From: an uncultured Christensenellaceae bacterium
GTDB taxonomy: Bacteria; Bacillota; Clostridia; Christensenellales; UBA3700
DNA: 64,000 nucleotides
Reading direction: 5' to 3'
NCBI GenBank assembly: GCA_910587685.1
Contig: CAJUMY010000004.1
Coordinates: forward strand, 47,706-111,705
The notes below the pieces were generated by a model. That model did no database searches. It saw only the letters and a list, made by a program, of their open reading frames with translations, and was not told where the DNA came from. How positions within the stretch are numbered: the first letter of the stretch is position 1; each line of letters begins with the position of its first letter. The translations under genes and the position numbers were made by a program. Below, piece after piece: positions 43,997-55,100 of this stretch.

Positions 43997-45154
43997 ATGA
44001 AAGGATATATGGAAAAAGTCATAAAAGCTATAGAGGGTGCGTCGTTGCGCACCCCTTATTATCTTATAGATATAGAGAGATTGAAGGAAAATCTACGCAT
44101 ACTGAGACGCGTAAGAGAGGAGAGCGGAGCTAAGATACTGCTTGCGCAGAAAGCGTTCTCTATGTATTCGGCGTATCCGATCATAAGGGAATACCTCGAC
44201 GGAACTACGGCGAGCGGACTTTACGAGGCGAGACTCGGCAAAGAGGAGTTCGGCAAAGAGACGCACGTCTTTTCGCCTGCGTACAGAGACGACGAGTTCG
44301 ACGAAATACTCTCTTATGCCGACGACGTGGTTTTCAACAGCGTGAAACAGGTAGACAAATTCGCGAAAAGGGCTAAGATAGCGGGAAAGAGCGTAGGACT
44401 TAGGATAAATCCCGAATTTTCGACGCAGGAAGGACACGCTATCTACGATCCGTGCGCGCCTTTCTCAAGGCTCGGGGCGACGGAAAAGAATTTTGACGAA
44501 AGAATAATACCGATTCTTGACGGACTGCACTTTCATACCCTTTGCGAACAGAACTTCGACGATCTTAGGAGAACGTTTTCGGCGTTCGAGAGTAAGTTCG
44601 GAAAGTATTTCAAGAATATGAAGTGGCTCAACTTCGGCGGAGGTCACCATATCACGAGAGACGGTTACGACGTAGACGGACTAATTGCTTTCGTGAAAGA
44701 TGTAAGGAATAAGTACGGCGTCGAAGTCTATCTAGAGCCCGGAGAAGCCGTCGTCTTGAACGCGGGATATCTTGTCTCGAGCGTTCTTGAAATAATAAAT
44801 AACGGTAAAGACGTGGCAATACTCGATACGTCCGCGGCGTGTCATATGCCCGACGTTATCGAGATGCCCTACAGGCCGCCCGTTTACGGTAGCGGAGAGG
44901 ATAACGAGAAGATGTATAACGCGAGATTCGGCGGACCGACGTGTCTTGCGGGGGATATCATAGGCGACTATTCCTTTGATAAAGAGCTCAATGAGGGCGA
45001 TAAGATAGTATTTATGGATATGGCTCTTTATACTATGGTCAAGAATAATACGTTCAACGGAATGGCTCTGCCTTCTATAGCGACGCTCGAACAAAACGGG
45101 GACGTTAAGATAGTAAAAGAGTTCGGATACGACGATTTTAAGTCGAGACTGTGA
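43997..45154 (+). CDS. nspC: carboxy(nor)spermidine decarboxylase
   Basis: Fold-type III PLP decarboxylase pattern (TPYYLIDIERLKENL..., NFGGGHH, YLEPGEAVV). The start could be 43997 or 44009. The ORF-track start at 43946 overlaps the upstream gene. Confidence 0.75.
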   Translation: MKGYMEKVIKAIEGASLRTPYYLIDIERLKENLRILRRVREESGAKILLAQKAFSMYSAYPIIREYLDGTTASGLYEARLGKEEFGKETHVFSPAYRDDEFDEILSYADDVVFNSVKQVDKFAKRAKIAGKSVGLRINPEFSTQEGHAIYDPCAPFSRLGATEKNFDERIIPILDGLHFHTLCEQNFDDLRRTFSAFESKFGKYFKNMKWLNFGGGHHITRDGYDVDGLIAFVKDVRNKYGVEVYLEPGEAVVLNAGYLVSSVLEIINNGKDVAILDTSAACHMPDVIEMPYRPPVYGSGEDNEKMYNARFGGPTCLAGDIIGDYSFDKELNEGDKIVFMDMALYTMVKNNTFNGMALPSIATLEQNGDVKIVKEFGYDDFKSRL

Positions 45155-45291
45155 TATCGTGGAAATTCGGCGTTATCTTGCCAAAGAACGGCTTTATGAA
45201 GAATATTCTCGGCGACGAAAATACAGACGGAGCTTCGCAGGCTATTTGGCGAGAGCGACGCGGATAAACTTTACGTCAAGGCGGAAAACAT

Positions 45292-45660
45292 ATGGATACA
45301 AAAGGACTAATGACCTACGCGCTTACTAAACCTTGCGCTTATGCCGATATGCCGCTTAGCGACGGCAACGTGCTCATAAAGGTAGGGAAACACTATTTTG
45401 CGAGTTTCTTCGTGCTTAGCGGCAAAGAATGTATGACCGTTAAAGGCGAAGCCGATTACCATACGGCTCTTCGAAGCAAGTATCCCGAATACGTATATAA
45501 AGGATGGCATTGTCCGCCCGTTCAGGCGAAGTATAACAGCACGGTCGTTATCGATTCGGATATTCCTTACGGCGAGCTCGTAAATATGATAGACGTCTCG
45601 TACGAATATAATCTTTCGAAGTTTTCAAAGAAGGAGAAAGAGCGGTTTTGTTTAGATTGA
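45292..45660 (+). CDS. MmcQ/YjbR-family protein
   Basis: 122 aa with YALTKPCAYADMPLSDGNVLIKVGKHYFA...GWHCP. Family assignment from pattern memory. Confidence 0.5.
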   Translation: MDTKGLMTYALTKPCAYADMPLSDGNVLIKVGKHYFASFFVLSGKECMTVKGEADYHTALRSKYPEYVYKGWHCPPVQAKYNSTVVIDSDIPYGELVNMIDVSYEYNLSKFSKKEKERFCLD

Positions 45661-45829
45661 GCGTGTAATTTGTCGAAAACTGAATATAGACTGAAATTAA
45701 GAAATTTTTAATAGATATTTAACGCTATTTTCACAAAAAACAGCAATACTCATATTATAAACACTTGATATTAGGGGGTAACTGTGGTAAAATAGTATGG
45801 CTAACAAGTGTTAGATGGAGGAATAGATA

Positions 45830-46126
45830 ATGAACATAAGTTTTATGTTATCCGCTATAAGCAGTATACCTTACGAGGTAAAGGAAGTGCTTAATCCGTT
45901 GCTTCTTATACTCATGGCGATAGTATCCGTAGCTACTATAGTAGTAGTGCTGATGCAATCGAGCGTTGAGTCTAATATGGGCGCGATCACGGGAGACAGA
46001 CCTTCGACAAATATGGAAGAGCAGAGAGCTAAGAGCAGGGAATCGAAGCTGAAAAAGGCGACCGTTTCAATGGGTGCTTTCCTTCTGGTCATCTCTATCA
46101 TATATTTTGTCATTCAGTTGTTCTGA
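45830..46126 (+). CDS. secG: preprotein translocase subunit SecG
   Basis: Two-TM, 98-aa protein with the VVVLMQSS...GAITG motif. Shows the conserved secG-rnr-smpB synteny. Confidence 0.75.
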   Translation: MNISFMLSAISSIPYEVKEVLNPLLLILMAIVSVATIVVVLMQSSVESNMGAITGDRPSTNMEEQRAKSRESKLKKATVSMGAFLLVISIIYFVIQLF

Positions 46127-46149
46127 TAAAAGGTTAAAAAAGGTTTCTC

Positions 46150-46182
46150 GGGAGTTGTAGCCTAGCTACAGCTCCCTTTTTT
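46150..46182 (+). terminator. intrinsic terminator after secG
   Basis: GGGAGTTGTAG-CCTAG-CTACAGCTCCC followed by TTTTTT. Confidence 0.75.
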
Positions 46183-46356
46183 GAAGTGAGAGAATATAAG
46201 TTGCAACGCAGGGAAATAAAAGTTAGATAGGGAAAGAGGTCGTAGAGACATAGGAGTAAATATCATCAGAATCCGATAACGGCGCGTCTTGTCCGAAGTA
46301 AAGGATAGCTTCTTGATCTATTATTCTCTTCCGAGTATGAAAAGGAATCGATCGAT

Positions 46357-48420
46357 ATGGAATTTAACGTAAAAGACGGGCTTTTGCGTCTTTCGCCTAA
46401 AAGGCGAACGCTGAAAGAGCTCGCGGCAAGGCTCGGAATGAACGAGCCGAACGATATGATAGAGCTTAGTGAAACGCTTAAGGAATGTATTGAAGAGGGG
46501 TCTATCGTCGAGATCGACGGCAGGTATTCCGATCCAAAGCGTATAGGAGCGTATTTCGGCGCGCTGAGAGGCAACAAGAAGGGATTCGCGTTTTTGATAA
46601 GAGACGACGGCGGAGAAGACCTTTTCGTGCCGTATTCAAATATGAACGGCGCGATACACGGCGATAAAGTATTCGCAACTATAGTAAAAGGCGACGAAGC
46701 AAAGGTCGTTTCTATAGTAAAGAGGGGCGTCAGCGAAATAGTGGGAACGTATTATAGAAAGAATAACCGCGGATTCATCGTTCCCGACGGAAATAATTTT
46801 GCAGGGAACTTTTTCGTCGCTCCCATAAAGGGGAAAAAGATAGCCGGCAACAGCAAGGTCGTAGCCAAGCTGACGTTTAACGGGAAAGCGCGTCCCGAAG
46901 CCGTGATAACGGAAGTTATAGGAAAGAACGGCGAGAGGAGAAGCGACGTTCTCGCAATACTGAAATCGTACGGATTTTTTAATACCTTCGACGAGAGGGT
47001 CTATAGGGAGATAAAGACGCTTAATGGTATCAAGGAAGGCGAAAGAAAAGACTTCTGCGATATGCTCACGGTGACTATAGACGGCGACGATTCTAAAGAT
47101 CTCGACGATGCGATCTCGCTCGTAAAAAACGGCGAAAGTTATGATCTATACGTGCATATAGCGGATGTTTCGCATTACGTCAGACGCGGGAGCGTACTGG
47201 ATAAGGAGGCGTTAAAGCGCGCGACCAGCGTATATTTCCCGTCTTCTGTTTTCCCGATGCTGCCGCCGGAGATATCTAACGGGATATGTTCTTTGAACGA
47301 AGGGGAGAAGAGACTGACGCTGACGGCTCGAATGAGAGTGGATAAAAAGGGAGACGTTATCGACAGCGAACTTTACGAAAGCAGGATATTAAACGACGCC
47401 CGTATGACGTATAAAAACGTTGAAAAGATACTTTCGGGCGACAGGGAACTTCAAGGGCGATACGAACGAGTGACGCCTATGATATTTTTGATGAAGGAGC
47501 TCGCCGATATTCTCAGGAAGAAGCGAGAGAGCCGCGGTTATATAGATTTTGATACCAAGGAGTCCAAGATAACTCTTGACGAGAGAGGAGACGTTCTTTG
47601 CATAGAGCCCTATCCTTATCTTTCGAGCAACGGCATAATCGAAGAGTTCATGCTTCTTGCTAACGAGACTGTCGCGGAGTTTATGGCGAATCTCGAATAT
47701 CCTTTTATTTACCGTGTGCATGAGAGACCCGATTCGGATAAGATGCGCGACTTTGCAAAGTTTGCCGAGGGTTGCGGTCTGACGCTCGGAGTCAAAGAGG
47801 TACATTCCGGAGCGCTTAGAAAATTGCTGAAAGAAGCGGAAGGAAAACCTATCGAACCGATAATAAGCAAAGTGATGCTGCGGTCGATGAAAAAAGCCAG
47901 ATATACGACGGATAATCTCGGACATTTCGGGCTCGCGACTGATAATTACTGTCATTTTACTTCGCCGATAAGGCGCTATCCCGACCTTATGATACACAGG
48001 ATAGTTAAGATGATGCTGAACGGAAAACTCGACGGCGACGCGGCAAAGAGACTCGAAGCGGAGCTTCCCGATATAGCGGAGAAGTCTTCGGAGAGGGAGA
48101 GGAGCGCGGAGAGCGCCGAGAGGGATATCGACGACTACTACAAGGCTCTTTATATGAGCGATAAGGTAGGAGACGCATACGAAGGTACGGTAAGCGGAGT
48201 CACGGGATTTGCGATATTCGTAGAGCTCGACAACACGGTCGAAGGAGCGATAAGGATAGAAAATCTTCCCCGCGACAGGTATGTTTTCGAGGAAGACAAG
48301 TATAGGATAGTAGGTATCGAGCATAGTTACGCTCTTGGCGACAGGGTGAAGATAATAGTTTCGTCGACCGATCTCGACGCGCGACGGGTAAACTTCGAAA
48401 TAGATGAAGAAAACGCTTAA
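46357..48420 (+). CDS. rnr: ribonuclease R
   Basis: 687 aa. RNB domain motifs ([20 protein letters not shown]...[18 protein letters not shown]) and a C-terminal S1 domain. Confidence 0.9.
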   Translation: MEFNVKDGLLRLSPKRRTLKELAARLGMNEPNDMIELSETLKECIEEGSIVEIDGRYSDPKRIGAYFGALRGNKKGFAFLIRDDGGEDLFVPYSNMNGAIHGDKVFATIVKGDEAKVVSIVKRGVSEIVGTYYRKNNRGFIVPDGNNFAGNFFVAPIKGKKIAGNSKVVAKLTFNGKARPEAVITEVIGKNGERRSDVLAILKSYGFFNTFDERVYREIKTLNGIKEGERKDFCDMLTVTIDGDDSKDLDDAISLVKNGESYDLYVHIADVSHYVRRGSVLDKEALKRATSVYFPSSVFPMLPPEISNGICSLNEGEKRLTLTARMRVDKKGDVIDSELYESRILNDARMTYKNVEKILSGDRELQGRYERVTPMIFLMKELADILRKKRESRGYIDFDTKESKITLDERGDVLCIEPYPYLSSNGIIEEFMLLANETVAEFMANLEYPFIYRVHERPDSDKMRDFAKFAEGCGLTLGVKEVHSGALRKLLKEAEGKPIEPIISKVMLRSMKKARYTTDNLGHFGLATDNYCHFTSPIRRYPDLMIHRIVKMMLNGKLDGDAAKRLEAELPDIAEKSSERERSAESAERDIDDYYKALYMSDKVGDAYEGTVSGVTGFAIFVELDNTVEGAIRIENLPRDRYVFEEDKYRIVGIEHSYALGDRVKIIVSSTDLDARRVNFEIDEENA

Positions 48421-48437
48421 ACGGGGACGCATATATT

Positions 48438-48893
48438 ATGGATATCAAAATAGTTGCAAGCAATAAAAAGGCTTATCACGATTATTTTATCGACTCGACT
48501 TACGAGACGGGGATAGTTCTCGTCGGCAGCGAAGTCAAGTCGATACGTCTCGGCGGAGTCAATTTGAAGGATTCTTTTTGTATAATAAAGAACGGCGAGA
48601 TATTCATTCTCAATATGCACGTTTCGCCTTATGAAAAGGGAAGCTATTTCAACGAAGACCCGAGACGCACGCGAAAACTGCTGATGAAAAGAGCGGAGAT
48701 AGACAAATTGCTCGGCAAAGTCAGCGCAAAAGGCTATACGCTCGTACCGACGAAGATATATTTCAAAGGCGGACTCGTTAAAGTGGAAGTGGGACTTGCA
48801 AGAGGTAAGGAACTTCACGACAAGAGAGATTCCATAAAAGAAAAGGATATGAAGAGAGATCTTCAGAGACAGCTTAAAAATTATAGAAAGTAA
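48438..48893 (+). CDS. smpB: SsrA-binding protein SmpB
   Basis: [13 protein letters not shown]...[13 protein letters not shown]...RTRKLLM motifs. 151 aa. Confidence 0.9.
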   Translation: MDIKIVASNKKAYHDYFIDSTYETGIVLVGSEVKSIRLGGVNLKDSFCIIKNGEIFILNMHVSPYEKGSYFNEDPRRTRKLLMKRAEIDKLLGKVSAKGYTLVPTKIYFKGGLVKVEVGLARGKELHDKRDSIKEKDMKRDLQRQLKNYRK

Positions 48894-49224
48894 TTTCATA
48901 AATTGCGGTTTGTACATATCTGGAAAAGAGAACGACAGAATTTTTTACTATGCCTTATATAAGCTATAAATATGGAAGCGCCGCGTAAAAACGGCGTCAT
49001 ATCGTAGACAAAGGAAAGAAGAAATATTATAATATCTATTAATACGTTAGTATATAGAAGACGCTTCATACGGCAGTTAAAGTAAACGCTGTAACGCAAA
49101 ACGCCGAGATTTCCCCGAGCGTTCCTTAATACGGATATTAAAAGTGATTGCGGACGGAGTTCGCATATTGACAAAACGATATAAAGCGGCGTCAAGCCGC
49201 CGAGAACATAAAGGAGACATAAAA

Positions 49225-50493
49225 ATGAAAGACGAAACCAAATGCTTAAGAGCAGGCTATACGCCGAAGAACGGCGAGCCTAAGGTTATGCCGATAGTAC
49301 AGAGCACGACGTTCAGATTCGACACCGTCGAGGACGTCGCGGCAGTATTCGACGATCCCACGCTCGCGTACATCTATTCGCGTTTTGCCAACCCGACGGT
49401 AGACGCCGTTGAGAAGAAGATCGCCGCGCTTGAAGGCGGCGTTGCCGCGATGTGCACGTCCTCGGGACAGGCAGCTTCGATGATGTCGATACTCACTATC
49501 TGTAAAGCAGGCGATAGTTTCGTCGCTACGTCGAAGATATACGGCGGTACGATCAATCTCTTTGCGGTAACTCTCAAGAGATTCGGTATCGAGTGTATAT
49601 TCGTCGATCCCGATATAGATGAAAAGGAAGCAGTCAAATACTTTAAGCCCAATACGAGAGCAGTCTTCGGAGAGACCCTCGCCAATCCCGCTCTTGCGGT
49701 TCTCGATATAGAGAAGTGGGCGAGAATAGCTCACTCGCAGGGGCTTCCGCTCATAGTCGATAACACTTTCCCGACGCCTATCTTATGCAAGCCTTTTGAG
49801 TTCGGCGCGGATATAGTCGTTCATTCCACTACGAAGTACATGGACGGTCACGCGGTTCAGGGCGGCGGCGTAATAGTCGATTCGGGCAATTTCGACTGGA
49901 CGAACGGCAAATTCCCCGAGTTCACGGAAGCCGACGAGTCGTACCACGGAATAGTGTATACGAGAGATTACGGAAAGCTCGCGTATATTCTCAAGGCAAG
50001 GATGCAGCTCATGAGAGACTTCGGTTGCTATCCTTCGGCGCACTCCGCGTTTCTTCTCAATATGGGACTCGAGACGCTTGCCGTGAGAATGGAGAGATAT
50101 TGCGATAACGCGCTCAAAGTCGCGAAATTCTTCGAGTCTCACGAGATGGTCGAGAGCGTTTCATATCCTGCGCTTAAGGGCGACAGATATCACGAGCTTG
50201 CGAAGAAATACCTTGCGAAAGGTTCGAGCGGCGTTATAAGCATAGATATCAAGGGCGGAAGAGCCAACGCGAGCAAGTTCATCAATTCGCTCAAGATGGC
50301 GAATAACGAAGTGCACGTTGCCGATATATGTACCTGCGTGCTCCATCCTGCCAGCGAAACTCACAGACAGCTTACCGACGAACAGCTCGTCGCGGCAGGT
50401 ATAAATCCTGCGACTGTCAGAGTAAGTATCGGACTTGAGAATATCGACGATATTTTAGACGATTTCAAAAATGCGCTCGATTCGATAAAGTAA
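49225..50493 (+). CDS. metY: O-acetylhomoserine aminocarboxypropyltransferase/sulfhydrylase
   Basis: Cys/Met-metabolism PLP enzyme (YSRFANPT..., HSTTKYMDGH). AAAGGAGA RBS before the ATG at 49225. Confidence 0.85.
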   Translation: MKDETKCLRAGYTPKNGEPKVMPIVQSTTFRFDTVEDVAAVFDDPTLAYIYSRFANPTVDAVEKKIAALEGGVAAMCTSSGQAASMMSILTICKAGDSFVATSKIYGGTINLFAVTLKRFGIECIFVDPDIDEKEAVKYFKPNTRAVFGETLANPALAVLDIEKWARIAHSQGLPLIVDNTFPTPILCKPFEFGADIVVHSTTKYMDGHAVQGGGVIVDSGNFDWTNGKFPEFTEADESYHGIVYTRDYGKLAYILKARMQLMRDFGCYPSAHSAFLLNMGLETLAVRMERYCDNALKVAKFFESHEMVESVSYPALKGDRYHELAKKYLAKGSSGVISIDIKGGRANASKFINSLKMANNEVHVADICTCVLHPASETHRQLTDEQLVAAGINPATVRVSIGLENIDDILDDFKNALDSIK

Positions 50494-50658
50494 GGAACTA
50501 TATTTTCCGACGATAGATAGAGTTTGCTAAAGACAATATGAGAGTCAGCCGCTCGCTTCGGTTGGGCGGCAGAGAGAGGAGCTTAGCGTGTTCGCCGTTC
50601 GTAGATACGGCGGATGCGGAGCGCGCTCCTAATAAGAACATAAGAAGGAGGGACGCAT

Positions 50659-51561
50659 ATGCCGATAATAATTCCTAAGGATCTGCCGGCTTTTTCCGTT
50701 CTCACGAACGAAAATATCTTCGTTATGACGGAGTCGAGAGCTATGTCGCAGGATATAAGACCGATAGAGATAGCTATCGTGAATCTCATGCCTACGAAAA
50801 TAGAGACGGAGACGCAGCTCATGCGCCTTTTGGGAAATACGCTCCTTCAAGTCAACGTAACGCTCGTCGCTACCGAGAGCTACAAGAGCAAGAATACGTC
50901 GGAAGAGCATCTCAAGAGATTTTATAAGACTTTTGAGGAGATCAAGGACAAGCATTTCGACGGAATGATAATAACGGGCGCGCCGGTCGAGACTATGGAG
51001 TACGACGAGGTCAAGTATTGGGACGAGCTCAAGAGGATAATGGATTTTGCCGATTCCAACGTAACTTCCACGATCAATATCTGTTGGGGAGCGCAGGCGG
51101 CTCTGCACTATTATTACGGAATAGAAAAGGTTCCTTTTGCGAAAAAACTTTTCGGCGTATTTCCGTATACGGCGGAGAACGAGTACGAACTTTTGCTTAA
51201 GGGAATGGACGACGTATTCTATATTCCGATGTCGAGACATACTACAGTCGACGAGGATGCGGTGAGAGATAACGCCGAGCTCGAGGTCCTTGCGTCGAAT
51301 AAAGAGCAGGGGATAGCGATAATAAAGAGCAGAGACAACAGACGGTTTTTCTTCCTCGGACACTCCGAATACGACAGAGATACTTTGAAGACGGAGTATT
51401 TAAGAGACGTGGACAAAGGTCTCGATATAGATATGCCTGCCAATTATTTCAAAGACGGCAACGTCGATAACGTCGAGGTCAAATGGAAGAGTACTGCTAA
51501 TCTTCTCTTTTATAATTGGCTCAACTACTATGTATATCAGGTGACGCCGTATGAGTTTTAA
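50659..51561 (+). CDS. metA: homoserine O-acyltransferase (MetA family)
   Basis: MPIIIPKDLPA...RPIEIAIVNLMPTKIETETQLMRLL...ITGAPVE is typical MetA/HTS. AAGGAGG RBS. Confidence 0.9.
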   Translation: MPIIIPKDLPAFSVLTNENIFVMTESRAMSQDIRPIEIAIVNLMPTKIETETQLMRLLGNTLLQVNVTLVATESYKSKNTSEEHLKRFYKTFEEIKDKHFDGMIITGAPVETMEYDEVKYWDELKRIMDFADSNVTSTINICWGAQAALHYYYGIEKVPFAKKLFGVFPYTAENEYELLLKGMDDVFYIPMSRHTTVDEDAVRDNAELEVLASNKEQGIAIIKSRDNRRFFFLGHSEYDRDTLKTEYLRDVDKGLDIDMPANYFKDGNVDNVEVKWKSTANLLFYNWLNYYVYQVTPYEF

Positions 51562-52111
51562 CGCCTTTGGGCGTTTAACGGACGGGATTTTTAAGCCGTC
51601 GCTAAAATCTTAATGACAGTTTCTATATTATATTGATAATATAGATATAAAATATCGAATGAAAGGATCGCCGGATTGATTCGGCGGTCCTTTCGTATAC
51701 CGTTTTTTGATTTCATAACGCGTTTTTGAATTTTTCGTATTTAATTTTTTTACATCGCCTCCGTCTCGCAGCGATGTAAAAGACGTTCAACCTCCGTAAA
51801 AATATTGGCGAAAGCGACGTTTTATAAGAGATATAACGCCGCTCGAAGAACGCCGCGATCTATTCGTCCGTAAATGATGCCGCGCGGCGGCTTTTTTCAT
51901 GACTGGTTTTTACCCGTGATTTGCTCTTTATTGTTTTGGATAATTGCAGTTTTATTCCTCATACTAACGATATAAGAAAAATACAGGATCGATGATAAAA
52001 AAGTTTTAGATGATTTTATCGAAAAATTTTTGAAATTAACAGAATTTCAGTTTAATTTCAGCATGCGTTTTTATATTGATATTATCAGAAATTCTGTAAA
52101 GGAGGATTTTT

Positions 52112-55100
52112 ATGAAAAACAAGAAATTGGTCAGACTACTCGCAGTTGTCTTAGTGCTTGTAATGGCTATCAGCCTTTTTGCAGCATGTAAGCCTAAGCC
52201 CGCAGGAGACAAATTCATTGATTTTATCAATGCGTTTGAAGGTGCTTACGATCTCAACGGAGCAACGTCAATCAAACTTGATATCGACGCAGACCTGAAA
52301 CTTGAGAAGGAGAAGAAGAACTTCAATCTCATAGCAAAGGGAACTATCGATTTCACGACGATGAATAAGGACAATAACGAGTTCGTATTCAAGCTTCAAG
52401 ATTCCAGCGCATCTGCGGTAAAAGATATTCTCAATATCTATTATCAGGATAACAAAATGTATCTCAAGTCGGAGGATAACGTGTTCGCTATAAGGAACGC
52501 AAGTATGCTTGCTCTTATGGGACTCATCACTGGAAAGACTCCGTCCGCGGCTGCAAGCGGTCAGGCTCTCGACGAGTCGACGAGCGACATCGTTAAGATG
52601 ATAGGAGATATGCTTTTCGATACTAAGGATATCAAGTCGAAGAAGAAGAATAAGGTTTGGACTCTTAATATCGATACGGTAAAGGTATGGAACAACCTCA
52701 TGAACGGCGATTTCGGCGTTCTTATAAAGGGCGTTCTCGACAGCCTTAATCTCAACATTGCAGGCGAAGTGATCAACACCGAGAATCTTACTAAGCTCAT
52801 CAACGAAAATCCGATGACTATTAAGATAGATATAGATCTCAGAACCAAGAACGCTCCGACGATATTCATCGAAGCTAACAACGAAAAGCTTGGCAAAATC
52901 AACGTAAATCTCAACAAGATGGTAGTTGATAAGGGAAGCATCGCTCTCGATGCAAGCGACAAGCTCGATAAGGCTAATATAGACAAGGCTAAGGTCATCA
53001 ATCTTGCTAACGTAGACCTTAACGGTACGTTCGGTCTTTACAAGGACGTAGTAGCAGAAGACGGTACGACCGTTACCGGCATAAAGAAGTATATGACCTA
53101 TAACTGGTCTATCGAGGCTAACATCGATCCGTTCGCTATCATCAAAGCGGGTCAGGAATATCAGAGAGATCCCAACAAGAACGCTTATAAGTTCTGGGAA
53201 TCCGAACAGCTCAAGGGAAGCAAACTCTATATTCAGGTATACCACAAACACAGTGAAAGCGAGTGCGGAGACTTCTGCGTATCGAAACGCGATAAGGATA
53301 TCACCAACATAATAGACATAGCTTTCGATCCCGCGAACTTCGGCAACGGTAACATTTACGTTAATATCAATACGGATGCGGTTATCAGCGACAGTGCTCT
53401 TAACTCTATCCTCAATATGTTCAACATCACTACGCTTGCGGCAGGATTCATAAAGAGCGCTCTCAGCGAGAACGAGCTCCTCGTTATTGATCCGAGCGTT
53501 ATAGCAGAGCCGTATTCGACGAATTACGATTCCGCGCTCAATCTTCCTGCGGTACCGGGAGCAGATACTCCTGCGGCTCAGGCTGATATCAATATCGATT
53601 CTATCCTCGCGATAGTTACCGAAGTTATTCCGTTCCTTACCGACGGACTCAAGATGAACGAGAATGCTAACGCTCTTATCGACGTTAACGCTTCTATGAG
53701 CGATCTCTATAATATGCTTGAGGCTGTAGGTCTCGGCGACGTAGTAGCGAACGCGGGTATTTCTTTCGATCAGGTCAAGGATATAGTCGATCTGCTCCTT
53801 TCGGCAGGCGGCGATAAACTTTCCGAGATCAATATCACTATTGACAAACTCCAGTTCGGCAATACCGAGCTTGACAATCTCAACGCTTACGACAAGATGT
53901 TCAAAGATCCGGTGACCGGCGAGGACAGAGTTTGGGCAAGCAATAAGAAGCCGCTCGATCCGTTCAGACTCGACGAGATAAAGTGGAACGATAATATTAC
54001 CGATGCGTATGCTCCCGGAGATAACTTCTCGATATACGAGATGCCGAGGATCATCGGTAAGAAGATCGGCTATCAGTACTATACCGTCGGCGAAGACGAG
54101 CTCGTTAAAGAGAGCAAGAGCGTAGCTCAGATAGTTGGTTGGAAGGGACTCGACGAAGACCTCTTCGGCGTAGAGCAGAATATTACTCTCGTAGTTACTC
54201 CTATCGACGGATCGGGACTTCTCGGTAACGTTATAGACCTTCTCACGATGTCGCTCGTAACGAGTATGGCAGGTATGGAAGTTAAACTTCCGCTTCCTTG
54301 TTACGAAGTACCGTTCAAGATAACTCTTACGAACGTTAAGGATATCAATATAGTCGCGAACGCTGTACCTGAAGACGTATATTATATCCAGACTAATTCT
54401 ACCGAAGTAACCAATATTACAAAAGCTGAAGCGACTATCACTTACTCAAACAACGAGACTAAGACGATAGATATCGAAGCCGATACTAACCTCTATAAAG
54501 AGGGCGCTAAGTACTATATGACCAGCGTAGGCGACTACTACGTAGAGTTCTCGCTCGGCGGAAGATCGCTCAAGTACGACTTTGTTATGGCTACTCCCGA
54601 TGAGATCGAAATGCACAATTTCGGTACTAAGGAGAATCCGATAAAAGTCGGTCTCGGTCAGAAAACAAGCGTATATACGAAGGTCATATACAACGGAAAG
54701 ACTGACAATATGACGCTTCCTTCGTTCAACGGCGGTAAGCTCACGGTAACCTACTATGAGAGGAACGCAGCCGGCGAAATCGTTAAGGACGGCGAGACTC
54801 CGAAGATTGCTAAACAGTATGACGTATATACCGAAAGCTACTTCTTCGACAGCGCTATTGCTAAAGTAGTAGGCGACGACGAGGACGGCAACAAGGTATT
54901 CAACAAGAAAGGCAAGGCTAACTATACCGCTACTTGGAGAGGAATCAAACTCGACAGAGCTTATATCGAAGTAGTAGACGGTTACGAAATGCCTTACGTA
55001 CACGCAGAGATAGACCGTAACGGCGTAATAACTTTGACGTCGACGGCGAAGAAGGACTACACCGTAGATTATACTCTCAGTTTGGTCAATTCGGCGCTCG

